64,000 nt of DNA from positions 644-64,643 of the forward strand of contig DATESQ010000026.1 of NCBI GenBank assembly GCA_035283985.1, read 5' to 3'. Positions 9,108-18,806 of the stretch are shown here, piece after piece (the first letter of the stretch is position 1; every line of letters starts with the position of its first letter). Source of the stretch: Thermoplasmata archaeon. Its GTDB lineage: Archaea > Thermoplasmatota > Thermoplasmata > RBG-16-68-12. A model generated the notes under the pieces. That model had not been told where the DNA came from. It was given only the letters and a program-made list of their open reading frames with translations, and ran no database searches. A program made the position numbers and the translations under genes.

Positions 9108-9824
9108 CTACTGCTCGGGCGAGCCGGAGGATGTCTGCGCCTGCTCCCGCTGAGGCGGGGTCGTCGTAGGTTTCCGGACGGCCCGCATCTGCGCGTACTC
9201 CACGTCGATCTGTTTGATCGACTTGATCATCATGCCGAGGAGGAGCCCTGTGACGATCCCTCCCGGAATCCCCGTAATCACACGTATGAGGTTCGTGCTC
9301 TCGTATTGCGTGTAGGCCGAGAACAGCTGCGTGAAACCGTCCACCGCGACGGGAAGGAGCCCGAGGAGAATCACGAGGCTCGCAAACTTCACGTCGCCGA
9401 TCCTCCGGGCCCACACCCGGATTCGCAGCGGGAACGCGTTCGCAATCCCTTCGCTCGCCGTCACCGCGGCGGGGGTCATCATCGACCACAACAGGCCGAA
9501 GATGCCGAAGATGTAGAGGCTCGTCATCCGGGCGTCGATCGGCATCTGGTTGCCGTTGATCCAGAGGGAGCGGTACCAGAGCTGGTGGCACTGTGCGTCG
9601 CCGACGGGATAGATGACCTTCGCGTACCAGTTGAACGACGGTTTCGCATAGAGGTCCCAGTGGTCGATGACATTCGCCCCGCCCATCGTGTACGCGAACG
9701 TGCCCGGGGCGATTGTGAGGGGCGCGATGAACATCGATACAGTCCATACGACGGTGATGACGAACAGGATGAACAGGGCCCGGCTCCACGTTAGCCTCGC
9801 CGAGACATCGGAGAACGCGGACAC
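9108..9824 (-). CDS. DUF2085-family membrane protein
   Basis: 238 aa polytopic protein with a CHQ..YRS motif (DAQCHQLWYRSLW) that I recall as the DUF2085 signature. Confidence 0.5.
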   Translation of the reverse strand: MSAFSDVSARLTWSRALFILFVITVVWTVSMFIAPLTIAPGTFAYTMGGANVIDHWDLYAKPSFNWYAKVIYPVGDAQCHQLWYRSLWINGNQMPIDARMTSLYIFGIFGLLWSMMTPAAVTASEGIANAFPLRIRVWARRIGDVKFASLVILLGLLPVAVDGFTQLFSAYTQYESTNLIRVITGIPGGIVTGLLLGMMIKSIKQIDVEYAQMRAVRKPTTTPPQREQAQTSSGSPEQ

Positions 9825-9905
9825 GGGCGTCGGAACGGGCCCTCGCTAAATGAACGTTTTGCCGAAACCGCCGACCGAAAGGTGCGGGGCGGCGGTGCGG
9901 CCGCC

Positions 9906-10049
9906 TCACTGAGCGAACTTGGCGGGGTTCTTGTCGAACGTCGCCTTGCAGCCGGGCGAGCAGAAGTAGTACGTCTTCCCGCTGTGCGACGACTTGAACT
10001 TCGCGGTGGCTTCGTTCACCGTCATCTTGCAGATCGGATCGATGGCCAT
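9906..10049 (-). CDS. YHS/TRASH-domain copper-binding mini-protein (47 aa)
   Basis: MAIDPICKMTVNEATAKFKSSHSGKTYYFCSPGCKATFDKNPAKFAQ. DPxCxM..YYFCSxxC is the YHS pattern. Sits immediately downstream of copA on the same strand. Confidence 0.6.
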   Translation of the reverse strand: MAIDPICKMTVNEATAKFKSSHSGKTYYFCSPGCKATFDKNPAKFAQ

Positions 10050-10072
10050 GTGTCACCTCCTTTTTTCGTGGT

Positions 10073-12211
10073 CTAGATAGAAGGTCGGAACCGCTTCAGC
10101 GTAAGGGCGTTCACGACGACGGAGACGGAGCTGAAGCCCATCGCCGCGCCCGCGAGGATCGGGTCGAGGAGGATCCCGAGGCCGACGAGGATGCCCGCCG
10201 CCACCGGAATCAGCGCCGCGTTGTAGAAGAACGCCCAGAACAGGTTCGTCTTGATCTTCCAGACTGTCCGCTTGCTGAGCTGGATCGACGCCACGACGTC
10301 CCGGAGGTCGTCCTTGATCAGCACGATGCCCCCCGCCTCCATCGCGACGTCCGTCCCGCTCCCGAGGGCGATCCCGACATCCGCTTGAGCGAGGGCGGGT
10401 GCGTCGTTGATCCCGTCGCCGACCATTGCGACGACCTTGCCCGTCCCTTGGAGTTCCTTGATTTTCTCCGCTTTCTGGCCCGGCAGCACTTCGGCGATGA
10501 CGTCGTCGATCCCGAGCTGCTTTGCAATCGCGCGGGCCGTGCGGGGGTTGTCGCCGGTCAGCATGAGGACCTCGACGCCCATCCGGCGGAGCGCCGCGAT
10601 CGCCGCGGGCGCGTGTTCCTTCGCCGTGTCGGCGACCGCGATCACGCCCGCGAGCTTCCCGTCCGCAGCGAGGATCATCGCGGTCTTCCCCTCCGCCTCG
10701 AGTCGGCCGAGGGTCTCCTCGGCGGAGTCGGTGCGGATCCCAGCCTGAGCCATGAGCCTCCGATTCCCAAGGAGAACCGCGGTCGCGGCGACTCGTGCAC
10801 GGATGCCGTGGCCTGGAATCGCCTCGAAGTCGAGAGGATCGGAAATCGCGACCCTGCGGTCGGTTGCCGCGCGGACGATGGCCTCGCCGAGCGGATGCTC
10901 GGATCCCTTTTCTGCGGACGCGGCGAGGGAAAGGACACGTTCCTCCGAGTACCCCGGCAGGGGGACGATGTCCGTCACGGACGGCTTCCCCTTCGTGAGT
11001 GTGCCAGTCTTGTCGAACACGATTGTCGTGAGCTTCTCCGCCTTCTCGAGGTACTCCCCGCCCTTGATGAGGAGACCGTTTTCCGCACCCTTGCCGGTCC
11101 CGACCATGATCGCGATGGGCGTTGCGAGGCCGAGCGCACACGGGCACGCGATGATGATCACGGCGACGAAGACGAACAGGGAAGCGGTCACTGCTGAGTG
11201 GAGTCCGTACGTCTGGAGGACGCCCTGGAACCAGAACCATCCGAGGAAGTACCAGAACAGGGCCCCGGCGACGGCGATCGCGACGACCGCGGGGACGAAG
11301 ACCGCCGCGACGCGGTCCGCGAGCTTCTGGATCGGAGCCCGAGAGAGCTGCGCGTCCTCGACGAGCTGGATGATCTGTGAGAGTGTCGTATCCTTTCCGA
11401 TTTTCGTCGCACGGACCCTGAGGAGCCCCGACTTGTTGATCGTCGCTCCGATCACGGGGTCGCCCACATTCTTCTCGACGGGGATTGACTCCCCCGTGAT
11501 CATCGACTCGTCGATGCTGGAGAAGCCCTCGACGATCTCTCCATCAATCGGGATCCGCTCCCCCGGCCTCACGACAACGATGTCGTCGACTTGGACGAGT
11601 TCGACGGGCACGTCCTCCTCACGCCCGTCCCGGAGGACCTTCGCGGTTCGAGGCTGGAGGTCCATGAGCTTGCGTAGCGCCTCGGACGCCCGTCCCTTCG
11701 CGACTTCCTCGAAGTACTTTCCGAGGAGGATGAAGCCGATGATGATCGCGGCGGTGTCGTAGTACGTGGACGTGTCGATGTTCGGGACCTGAAGGACGAT
11801 CGCGACGAGGATGATGGTGCTGTACGCCCAGGCGGCGGTCGTGCCCATCGCGATGAGCAGGTCCATATTCGCACTCCGGTTCTTCACCGCGTCTTTCGTC
11901 CCTCTGTAGAACCGCCAGCCGGGCCAGAACTGGACCGGCGTCGCCATCAGGAAGACAAGGAAAGTGAGCGGAACCATCAGATCGTCCGGCGTCCACATCA
12001 ACTCCATCGCGATTGACACGATGAACGCGGGAATGCCGAGGGCGAACGATAGGATCACGAGGAACCGGAGTTTCTTCATCTCCTTCTCGGGCTCGAGGAA
12101 CGTCTCCCTGCACGTTTCCGAGCAGAAGTAGTACGTCCGCCCGCCGGCGACCGCCTTCAGCGTCGACGTCGCCTCGTCGACGTACATGCCACAAACTGGG
12201 TCTACCGCCAC
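10073..12211 (-). CDS. copA: copper-translocating P1B-type ATPase with N-terminal YHS/TRASH domain
   Basis: 712 aa. N-terminal [24 protein letters not shown] metal site ([14 protein letters not shown]), DKTGTLT phosphorylation motif, GDGINDAP hinge. Confidence 0.9.
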   Translation of the reverse strand: MAVDPVCGMYVDEATSTLKAVAGGRTYYFCSETCRETFLEPEKEMKKLRFLVILSFALGIPAFIVSIAMELMWTPDDLMVPLTFLVFLMATPVQFWPGWRFYRGTKDAVKNRSANMDLLIAMGTTAAWAYSTIILVAIVLQVPNIDTSTYYDTAAIIIGFILLGKYFEEVAKGRASEALRKLMDLQPRTAKVLRDGREEDVPVELVQVDDIVVVRPGERIPIDGEIVEGFSSIDESMITGESIPVEKNVGDPVIGATINKSGLLRVRATKIGKDTTLSQIIQLVEDAQLSRAPIQKLADRVAAVFVPAVVAIAVAGALFWYFLGWFWFQGVLQTYGLHSAVTASLFVFVAVIIIACPCALGLATPIAIMVGTGKGAENGLLIKGGEYLEKAEKLTTIVFDKTGTLTKGKPSVTDIVPLPGYSEERVLSLAASAEKGSEHPLGEAIVRAATDRRVAISDPLDFEAIPGHGIRARVAATAVLLGNRRLMAQAGIRTDSAEETLGRLEAEGKTAMILAADGKLAGVIAVADTAKEHAPAAIAALRRMGVEVLMLTGDNPRTARAIAKQLGIDDVIAEVLPGQKAEKIKELQGTGKVVAMVGDGINDAPALAQADVGIALGSGTDVAMEAGGIVLIKDDLRDVVASIQLSKRTVWKIKTNLFWAFFYNAALIPVAAGILVGLGILLDPILAGAAMGFSSVSVVVNALTLKRFRPSI

Positions 12212-12221
12212 GGGGTCCCCC

Positions 12222-12416
12222 CTAACCGGGCGTTATCATTAAGACATGGGTCCGAACGCAGCTTGGCGAGCAGAACAAGCTGTGGCGGCCTCTGCCCACA
12301 ACGAGGTAGTACGGCGCGTCGGCGGAAATGCCCATCCGGCAAGTCCTGCAGATCGTCGCTATGGCCGCGCCCTCGACCGTTTCACCGCACATCGGGCATC
12401 GGTTGAGGTCACGCAT
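12222..12416 (-). CDS. zinc-ribbon + TRASH-like metal-binding mini-protein (64 aa)
   Basis: [37 protein letters not shown]: CxxC-x11-CxxC then FCSxxC. Paralogous architecture to the upstream 103-aa protein. 10 nt upstream of copA. Confidence 0.55.
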   Translation of the reverse strand: MRDLNRCPMCGETVEGAAIATICRTCRMGISADAPYYLVVGRGRHSLFCSPSCVRTHVLMITPG

Positions 12417-12720
12417 CGGATTCGGTCTCCATGAAATCGAAGTTGTCCATACACGCAAGGCTGCAGAAGTGCGCGGGGCCCCGGTCAGGATCCATGCGGA
12501 CGATGTGCGGGAGGTGACCCGCGTCGATATTCATGACGCAGACCGCGCACGTCGCGATGGGCTCGGCGTGCTTCTCCGGGCTCCCGCAGAAGGCACACCT
12601 TGTGGATTCCGATTCGTGCGATGCCGCCATGGCCGCCCCCCCGAAGGAAGGCAGGGTCATCCGAGCTTTGCTTAACAATTGTAAAGGTCCGTACGTGGCG
12701 GTGGTGGACGCACGCCTCAC
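12409..12720 (-). CDS. zinc-ribbon + TRASH-like metal-binding protein (103 aa)
   Basis: ..CAFCGSPEKHAEPIATCAVCVM..AHFCSLAC. Its ATG overlaps the stop of the ABC ATPase gene (ATGA), implying translational coupling. Confidence 0.55.
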   Translation of the reverse strand: MRRASTTATYGPLQLLSKARMTLPSFGGAAMAASHESESTRCAFCGSPEKHAEPIATCAVCVMNIDAGHLPHIVRMDPDRGPAHFCSLACMDNFDFMETESDA

Positions 12721-13400
12721 GTCATGGTTTGGAGGCGCCCGTCCTCCATCAGGAAGAGCCGGTCTGCCACGTCGACGATCCTCGCGTCGTGGCTGACCAT
12801 GAGGACGGCGGCACCCGTGCTCCGGGCCACGTGCTGGAACAGCGCGGCCACATCCTTCCCGAGCTTGCTGTCGAGGTTTGCCGTCGGCTCATCCGCGAGG
12901 AGCACGCGAGGCGTGTTCGCGAGCGCACGCGCAATTGACACGCGTTGCTTCTCCCCACCGCTCAGCTTCTCGGGAAGATAGTCGAGCCGCTCGCCGAGAC
13001 CGAGCCCAGTGAGGAGCGTGCCAGCCCGGTTCCGGGATTTGGCGGGGGCGACGCCCGCCAACTCCATCGGCACTTGCACGTTTTCTCTCGCTGTCAGGTT
13101 TGCAAGGAGGTTGAAGTCCTGAAAGACGAAGCCGAAGTTCTCGAGGCGGGCGGCGGGCATTGCACGTTCCCGCAAGAGGGTCAGGTCTTTCCCGCTGACG
13201 ACGATGCGCCCGGCCGTCAGCCTCAGCAGGCCACCGAGGAGGAACAGGAGCGTCGTCTTTCCGCTCCCCGACGGACCCATAATCAGGGTCACCTCTCCTC
13301 CTTGAAGCGCGATGTCCACGCCGTCGACCGCGCGGACTTCTGTGCCTCCGTTCGCGTACACTTTCGTGACGCCGTCCGCCCGCAGGGCCTCCATCCTCAT
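12717..13400 (-). CDS. ABC transporter ATP-binding protein, MacB/LolD-type
   Basis: 227 aa. Walker A GPSGSGKTT, ABC signature LSGGEKQRVSIARAL, Walker B LLADEPT, H-loop. Confidence 0.85.
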   Translation of the reverse strand: MRMEALRADGVTKVYANGGTEVRAVDGVDIALQGGEVTLIMGPSGSGKTTLLFLLGGLLRLTAGRIVVSGKDLTLLRERAMPAARLENFGFVFQDFNLLANLTARENVQVPMELAGVAPAKSRNRAGTLLTGLGLGERLDYLPEKLSGGEKQRVSIARALANTPRVLLADEPTANLDSKLGKDVAALFQHVARSTGAAVLMVSHDARIVDVADRLFLMEDGRLQTMT

Positions 13401-14512
13401 CCCCTCCGGAAGATCGAAGCGGGGTCGATGCGCGCAAGCCGTCCGAGCGGCAAGGCCGTGGCGACAACGCTCATGCCGAGCGCCGCCACGAAGACCTCCA
13501 TGACCTGGGCCGACGTGAAGAAGAGCGTCATCTCCGGGACTGTGAGGCCGATGACGATGGAGGCGGACGCCGTGAAGGCGAGGCCCGCCACGAATCCGAT
13601 CATCGCTAAGAGTAGAGCCTGGACGAGGACGATCCGCGCGAGTCGGCGGTTGCTCGTCCCGATCGCCTTCAGTACTCCGTACTCCCGCGCACGTTCCATC
13701 GTGGCCGTGTACACGGTCAGTCCGATCACCGTGATTCCGACGACGAAGCCAATCAGGTACAGCGTGAGGAGGATCGGAAGGAACAGGCCCGCAATCACGT
13801 TGCGGTTGTTTGCGGTAATCTCGTCGAGGGTGAATGCCTCCACGCCGACGAGGCGGTCATCGAGAGCGGCCTGGACCGTGCGCAGGTCCGACCCCGGCGT
13901 GACTTTCACGAGGAAGTACGTCGCCGTCCCTGGCGGTAGGACGAGCCCCGTGATGTCCTCGAACCGGACGAACGCGTACTGCATGATGAACATGTTCGTC
14001 TCCGCGCTCACCCCCACGACCGTGAATTCGCGCTCGCCGATTCGAACTGCGGACCCCAGGGAGAGACCATACTTTCGCGCCATGATCTGGTCGACGACGA
14101 TTTCGCGGGGGCCCGGCAACCGTTCGCCCTCGACGATTTTCCAAGGCCCCGCCGTCCCATGGCTCTCGTTGTATCCCACGAGGATCACGCGGGGATGGTC
14201 TGCATTGCCGACGTGCAGTTCCACCGTGCGGGAGATGATCGCGGACGATTGCTGCACACCGGGAATCGTCGCCAGTTGATCCGAGAGGTTCAGGGGGAGA
14301 ATGGAGAAGCTATGGAGGGTGTCGACGACGCCGGCCTGGCCCACAAACAGGTCCGCGCCGCTATTCTCTGTGAAGAGTCCGGCCTGGCGGTAGAACCCGT
14401 CGTACGTGCCGGCCAGGATGAGGACGAGCATGATCGCGAACCCCACGCCCCCTGCGCTCATTCCGAGGCGCGTGCGGTCGTGGAACAGGTTCTTCGCGGC
14501 AATTGAAACCAT
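13397..14512 (-). CDS. ABC transporter permease, FtsX/MacB-type with extracytoplasmic domain
   Basis: 371 aa. N-terminal TM, ~200-aa extracytoplasmic domain, then three C-terminal TM helices (FtsX fold). 4-nt overlap with the ATPase gene. Confidence 0.85.
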   Translation of the reverse strand: MVSIAAKNLFHDRTRLGMSAGGVGFAIMLVLILAGTYDGFYRQAGLFTENSGADLFVGQAGVVDTLHSFSILPLNLSDQLATIPGVQQSSAIISRTVELHVGNADHPRVILVGYNESHGTAGPWKIVEGERLPGPREIVVDQIMARKYGLSLGSAVRIGEREFTVVGVSAETNMFIMQYAFVRFEDITGLVLPPGTATYFLVKVTPGSDLRTVQAALDDRLVGVEAFTLDEITANNRNVIAGLFLPILLTLYLIGFVVGITVIGLTVYTATMERAREYGVLKAIGTSNRRLARIVLVQALLLAMIGFVAGLAFTASASIVIGLTVPEMTLFFTSAQVMEVFVAALGMSVVATALPLGRLARIDPASIFRRG

Positions 14513-14513
14513 A

Positions 14514-14672
14514 TCATGCCCTCTTGTGGCTCAGCGTGTGTCGTCTCTCGGTTCGGCCGCGGAGGTCGGACCGGAGGCAACGGAAAGAGCAGTACCGACG
14601 GACTCTGCCCCCCATGCGCTCCACGACTTTCGCCCGTTCCATCGGCTGCCCGCAGACGTCGCACCGAGCCAT
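14514..14672 (-). CDS. TRASH-domain mini-protein (52 aa)
   Basis: MARCDVCGQPMERAKVVERMGGRVRRYCSFRCLRSDL..: canonical C-x2-C-x20-C-x3-C TRASH spacing. Its stop abuts the permease start (first gene of the operon). Confidence 0.5.
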   Translation of the reverse strand: MARCDVCGQPMERAKVVERMGGRVRRYCSFRCLRSDLRGRTERRHTLSHKRA

Positions 14673-14803
14673 CGCACCCCTCCATCGCGGAGGACCTGCA
14701 ATTGGGTTCCGACTTCCGTGCGGAAGGTTCACGCCGAAGGGGTCTTTCAACTGAAAAGGTAAGGCGCGAAGCTTAAAGGATGGGGAGTCCGTGGCACTCT
14801 TCC

Positions 14804-15406
14804 ATGGAACTCGATCGTGTCGATGTCGAGATCCTGCGAGCGTTGCAGGAGGACGCGCGGCGTTCGTTTCGAGATCTCGCGCAGCGCGTCGGCGTGAGCG
14901 TACCAACGATTAGCGCCCGTGTCGCGACCCTCGAGCAGCTCGGGATCCTCGATGGATACCGCGCCACCGTCGACCCCGAGCGTCTCGGGCAGATCTCGAT
15001 CTTGTTCGCCGTGAAGTGTCACCCGGCGAAGGCGGAGGCCGTGGGCACTTCGCTCGCGTCGATGCCGGAGATCCGTTGGGCCTCCCGAACCCGGGGCTCC
15101 CGTATCCTGGCGGAGGCGGTATTGAACAACGAGGGTCTTTTCGATGGCCTGCTCGAGAAGATCGAATCCCTCAATGGCATCGTCGACTACGACCACTACG
15201 TGACGACGAAGCGGCTGAAGGAGGAACCTCGCGCTGTAATCTCCGACCGCCTCCGGACGACGCTGATCTGCTTCCAGTGCCGGAAGGAGATCGAAGGGGA
15301 GCCGATCAAGCTGAAAATGGATGGCCGGGACCACTACCTCTGTTGTCGCTCCTGCGAAAAGCTGTATTCGGAGAAGTACGCGAAAATCAAGGCCGCGGCA
15401 AGGTGA
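14804..15406 (+). CDS. Lrp/AsnC-family HTH regulator with C-terminal TRASH domain (CopR/CopT-like copper-responsive regulator)
   Basis: N-terminal HTH (DVEILRALQEDARRSFRDLAQRVGVSVPTISARV), RAM-like middle, C-terminal CFQCRKEIEG..HYLCCRSC. TATA-like CTTAAAGG ~27 nt upstream of 14804. Alternative start 14780. Confidence 0.8.
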   Translation: MELDRVDVEILRALQEDARRSFRDLAQRVGVSVPTISARVATLEQLGILDGYRATVDPERLGQISILFAVKCHPAKAEAVGTSLASMPEIRWASRTRGSRILAEAVLNNEGLFDGLLEKIESLNGIVDYDHYVTTKRLKEEPRAVISDRLRTTLICFQCRKEIEGEPIKLKMDGRDHYLCCRSCEKLYSEKYAKIKAAAR

Positions 15407-15578
15407 GGCGCGTCAGCTGCCGGGAAGAAACGGAAAGGGTGGAGCCACCCTGACGAGCGGCTCACTGAAATCTCTACGCCCCTTCGACTTCGATTCGCTC
15501 GCTCTGGGGAGGACTCTACCGATCAACCTAAGAGGGGCACTCCATCCGCATCACACGGCCGGGAGTCTCGGTGCTGAG

Positions 15579-16313
15579 CTACCGAAACATTCCGGGGCCC
15601 GGTTCCGCGATCGCAGGCTTCGCCGCGTGGCGGAGCTTCGAGAGCTGCGCCTCGAGCGCCTTCGCCTGTTCCTTGAGCGGCTCGAGGTCGACCTTGATCT
15701 CTGGAAGCAACTGGTCGACGGCCTCGAGGAGCCGCGCTGCCGCGTAGGCATCGGGGATGTTCGGCCGGGCCTCCGCAAGCAGGCTAATCGCATCGTACTC
15801 CTGCCATCGCGCCTCGTTCAACAGGACGCCCGCGACGCCCGAGATCACACCGGTCTCGAGCTGAGGAATTCCCGCCTCGTCGAGAGACTTGCGCGCGTGG
15901 TCCGTGCTCCCAACACCCCAGACACCGACCGGGTTCACGACCTCGTCGACAGGTGTTGGAATGCCCTCAAGAGCAACGATCTGGCGGCACCGGTGTGTCC
16001 GGGCCCACTTGAGGAGCGACAGGGCGAGGGCGCGGTGAACCCGGTGCGGTAGCGGCACCTCCGCGATGAAAATCGTGAGCTTCGAGGGTGGGTGCGCGTA
16101 GATCCGCACGGGGAATTTCGGCTTGTAGGCGTAGACCATCGAAAGCGGGGGGAAGTCCTCCGAGTCGAGCGCGACGATCTGGTCGACCTTCAGGTTCGTG
16201 ATCAGGTACGTCGCAGCGATCGTGCTCACGAGCCCGACGCTCGGGATCGCCTCGATGACGGTCCCTCCGGGGAACTCCATCTCCTTGAACGTGCGGAATT
16301 CGATTTCGACCAT
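15579..16313 (-). CDS. PAC2-family protein (archaeal proteasome-assembly-chaperone-like)
   Basis: 244 aa from MVEIEFRTFKEMEFPGGTVIEAIPSVGLVSTIAATYLI.. The track ORF (to 16919) is an over-extension upstream of this Met. Confidence 0.6.
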   Translation of the reverse strand: MVEIEFRTFKEMEFPGGTVIEAIPSVGLVSTIAATYLITNLKVDQIVALDSEDFPPLSMVYAYKPKFPVRIYAHPPSKLTIFIAEVPLPHRVHRALALSLLKWARTHRCRQIVALEGIPTPVDEVVNPVGVWGVGSTDHARKSLDEAGIPQLETGVISGVAGVLLNEARWQEYDAISLLAEARPNIPDAYAAARLLEAVDQLLPEIKVDLEPLKEQAKALEAQLSKLRHAAKPAIAEPGPGMFR

Positions 16314-16393
16314 GGGTTGACCCGCGGTGCTATTGCTCCGACCGTATAAGAAGAAAAGTGAGAAGGGCCCCGCACGAGGGCCCGCAGATTTCC

Positions 16394-16963
16394 CTACCCG
16401 AGCCACGAGAGGGCCTTGAGGAGCCGCGGTCGCTTTTGGACGAAGCCAGATTTCCGAAGGATCCCGTCGCCGCCCAAGAAGCGCCCAGGCACAAGGAAGA
16501 ACATCATCACGAAGATGACGAGGTAGAACGTCCTGGTGTCTAAGATTGGGTTGGCTGACGGCGCGTCCTGGATCGGCCACATCGCGATCGTGAACAAGGT
16601 CATCTGGAGCATGCCGGCGATCGCCCCCACCCTCGTTAGGACGCCGAGGAGGAACGCGACTCCGATTAGGAGTTCTCCATACACGACCAAGTACTCGACG
16701 GTCCAATTTCCAGCGAAGCTGTTGAAGACCCCCGCGAAGGGGCCAGACGCAACGGAGGTCCCGCTGAGGAACCCCTTCGTCGCCATTCCACCGCTCCACT
16801 CCGTCAGGAGCTTCTGGTATCCGCCCCAGAGGAAGACGAACCCGAGGGCAAGGCGGGCGAGGAAGATTGACCAGGTGCTCCCGCGTTTCCACTCCGTTCC
16901 GAAGACGTATTCGAACCATCGTTTCCGCACGTGTGCTGTTGGGAAAGCTTCCATCACGCTCAC
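16394..16963 (-). CDS. DoxX-family membrane protein
   Basis: 189 aa, 4 TM, ..FLARLALGFVFLWGGYQKL.. typical DoxX N-terminal helix. Confidence 0.7.
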   Translation of the reverse strand: MSVMEAFPTAHVRKRWFEYVFGTEWKRGSTWSIFLARLALGFVFLWGGYQKLLTEWSGGMATKGFLSGTSVASGPFAGVFNSFAGNWTVEYLVVYGELLIGVAFLLGVLTRVGAIAGMLQMTLFTIAMWPIQDAPSANPILDTRTFYLVIFVMMFFLVPGRFLGGDGILRKSGFVQKRPRLLKALSWLG

Positions 16964-17102
16964 CGTGGCGAGGATTTGGCGCGACGCCAGAAAACGCTGC
17001 GGGCAGTATTGCCGATTCGAGTATATACGATAAGAATACTACGAACTTGTTCGGTTAAAAATACATACGCGGTCAATACTTGATGAGAAAGAGGCGGTCG
17101 AA

Positions 17103-18170
17103 GTGGAATCCCGGAAGATTCAGAAGGTGGGCGCGGCAACACTGACGATCTCGTTGCCCAAGACCTGGGCGGAGCTGAGGAACCTCAAGAAGGGCGACCA
17201 GGTGTTCCTCGTCGAAGACGGCGAGGCCCTCAAGGTTCTCCCCGGGCCCGCCGCGGAGGACCGGCACCGGATCGCCACGGAGTTCATCATCGACGCAGAT
17301 CTGTGTGAAGAGCCCGGGATGCTCGAGCGGGTCATCGTCGGGAACTACGTCCTCGGCCGCGAGAAAATCATCATTCGATCCGCGCTTCGGCTCCGGAGCG
17401 GGCACCAGGACGAGGTCCGCGGCACGATTCGCCGGCTCATGGGCATCGGGATTATCGAGGAGGGCCCCTCGAAAGTCGTCCTTCAATGCTCGATCAACCC
17501 GTCGAACTACCCGCTCGAATCCCTCGTCAAGCGGCTGTACAACCTCGGCTCGACGATGCTCATGGAGGCGCTCGAGGCCCTCATGACCGGCGATATGGCG
17601 ATGGCGGAGGATGCGATCAAGCGCGAGGACGACGCGGACATGATGTACTGGCTCATCCTACGGTTCATCCTTTCTGCGCAGCTCGACGAGGCGCTCGTCG
17701 AACAGCTCGGCCTCCGGTCGCGAATCGAGATCCCCGGTTACCGAGTGATCGCGCGGGATCTCGAAACCGTCGCAGATCACTCCCACGACGTCGCCGTCTA
17801 CGTGAAGCAGATCCTCATGCAGGGCACACGGGTTCCGGGTTCGGTCCTCCGCGCGCTCCAGGCATTCTCGGACGAGATCGGTCAGGCTTACAGCCGCGCG
17901 CTCGGGGGCCTCCTCTCCCGCGACTTGAAGCAGGCGAACGAGGCGATCCGGATTGCCTCGGGGATCGAGAAGCGCGAGCACGATCTCGTCCGGCTCGTCC
18001 AGAAGGAGGTCAAGGACCTCCGGAACCCGAAGATGATCATCCCACTTAGCGGGATCTTCGGCAGTATGGCGCAGATCGCGGACTACGCGCAGAACATCGC
18101 CGTAATCGCGTTCAACCGGTACCTCGAGAAACCGTCCAACCTGTGCCGCCCGGCGTCGCCCTCCGCCTAG
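17103..18170 (+). CDS. phosphate-uptake-regulator-like protein (N-terminal AbrB/SpoVT domain + two PhoU repeats)
   Basis: 355 aa. N-terminus KIQKVGAATLTISLPKTWAELRNLKKGDQVFLV is a swapped-hairpin AbrB-type domain. Followed by PhoU-like helical repeats. AT-rich TATA-like boxes 30-50 nt upstream. Confidence 0.75.
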   Translation: MESRKIQKVGAATLTISLPKTWAELRNLKKGDQVFLVEDGEALKVLPGPAAEDRHRIATEFIIDADLCEEPGMLERVIVGNYVLGREKIIIRSALRLRSGHQDEVRGTIRRLMGIGIIEEGPSKVVLQCSINPSNYPLESLVKRLYNLGSTMLMEALEALMTGDMAMAEDAIKREDDADMMYWLILRFILSAQLDEALVEQLGLRSRIEIPGYRVIARDLETVADHSHDVAVYVKQILMQGTRVPGSVLRALQAFSDEIGQAYSRALGGLLSRDLKQANEAIRIASGIEKREHDLVRLVQKEVKDLRNPKMIIPLSGIFGSMAQIADYAQNIAVIAFNRYLEKPSNLCRPASPSA

Positions 18171-18201
18171 CCGGGTCGCGGGGACCGTCCCCGGGGGCAG
18201 T

Positions 18202-18684
18202 CTACTTCCGGCGCTTCCTTCGCACGGGAATCTGGACCTCCACGTACATGATGCCCGGCGGCATCTCCGAAAGGTCCCGCGAGTAGATCTCTCGCAGAGG
18301 TCCTACGGTGGCGTATCCATTCACGTCGATCCAGGTCCGGAGCGCCGTGATCGCCGCGGGATACCTCGAGGGCGGACCCTGGAAGAATGTGCTCGCGACC
18401 TCTCCCGGCGGCAGGTCTTGGGACCGGAGTTCGTTGTCCGGCCGAAGTTCTCCCAGGACGGGCACGGCCGCCTCACTCCGGGGTTCCGCAGAGGGCACGG
18501 TCGGGTCGTCGTGGTAGATTGCAATCATGGGTCCGGACGGTCGCAGGCGCCGATCCCTCAGGAGCTGGGAGAGACGCTCGAACGCGAGGCCAATCTCGTT
18601 GAACGGCCCGCGGTGCTCGACATACGCGACGCGGAACCCTTCCATCCGTTTTAGGGAAACCTCCTGCACGACCGTATCCTGCAT
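18202..18684 (-). CDS. GyrI-like small-molecule-binding domain protein
   Basis: 160 aa, ..FRVAYVEHRGPFNEIGLAFERL.. and ..GIMYVEVQIPV.. match the AraC-effector/GyrI-like fold. Confidence 0.6.
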   Translation of the reverse strand: MQDTVVQEVSLKRMEGFRVAYVEHRGPFNEIGLAFERLSQLLRDRRLRPSGPMIAIYHDDPTVPSAEPRSEAAVPVLGELRPDNELRSQDLPPGEVASTFFQGPPSRYPAAITALRTWIDVNGYATVGPLREIYSRDLSEMPPGIMYVEVQIPVRRKRRK

Positions 18685-18806
18685 CTCGAACCCACTCGTG
18701 TTCGCTCAGCAATTCCGGGCCTATAGAACTTGGGACTTTTCGTGTACGAAATGTAATTCTTCGCTCCAGGCCTAGGGACTCGCCGGATATACACTACATA
18801 CGGTCC

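Noticed and set aside
8611-10056. 481-aa minus-strand ORF and 342-aa plus-strand ORF across the DUF2085/membrane-protein region
   Set aside because: Arg/Pro-rich, no domain features. Overlaps better-supported membrane-protein genes whose hydrophobic TM patterns are coherent.
10053-11240. 395-aa ORF overlapping copA in another frame
   Set aside because: copA frame contains [16 protein letters not shown]. This frame is low-complexity.
15406-15579. Possible tRNA or terminator between the Lrp-TRASH regulator and PAC2 genes
   Set aside because: Only a short GGGTGG..CCACCC hairpin (likely transcript 3' end structure). No cloverleaf.
15579-16919. Full 446-aa track ORF called as one gene
   Set aside because: Only the C-terminal 244 aa (from MVEIEF..) resembles PAC2. 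The upstream 200 aa is Arg/Pro-rich and runs through the region upstream of the likely promoter. Start trimmed.
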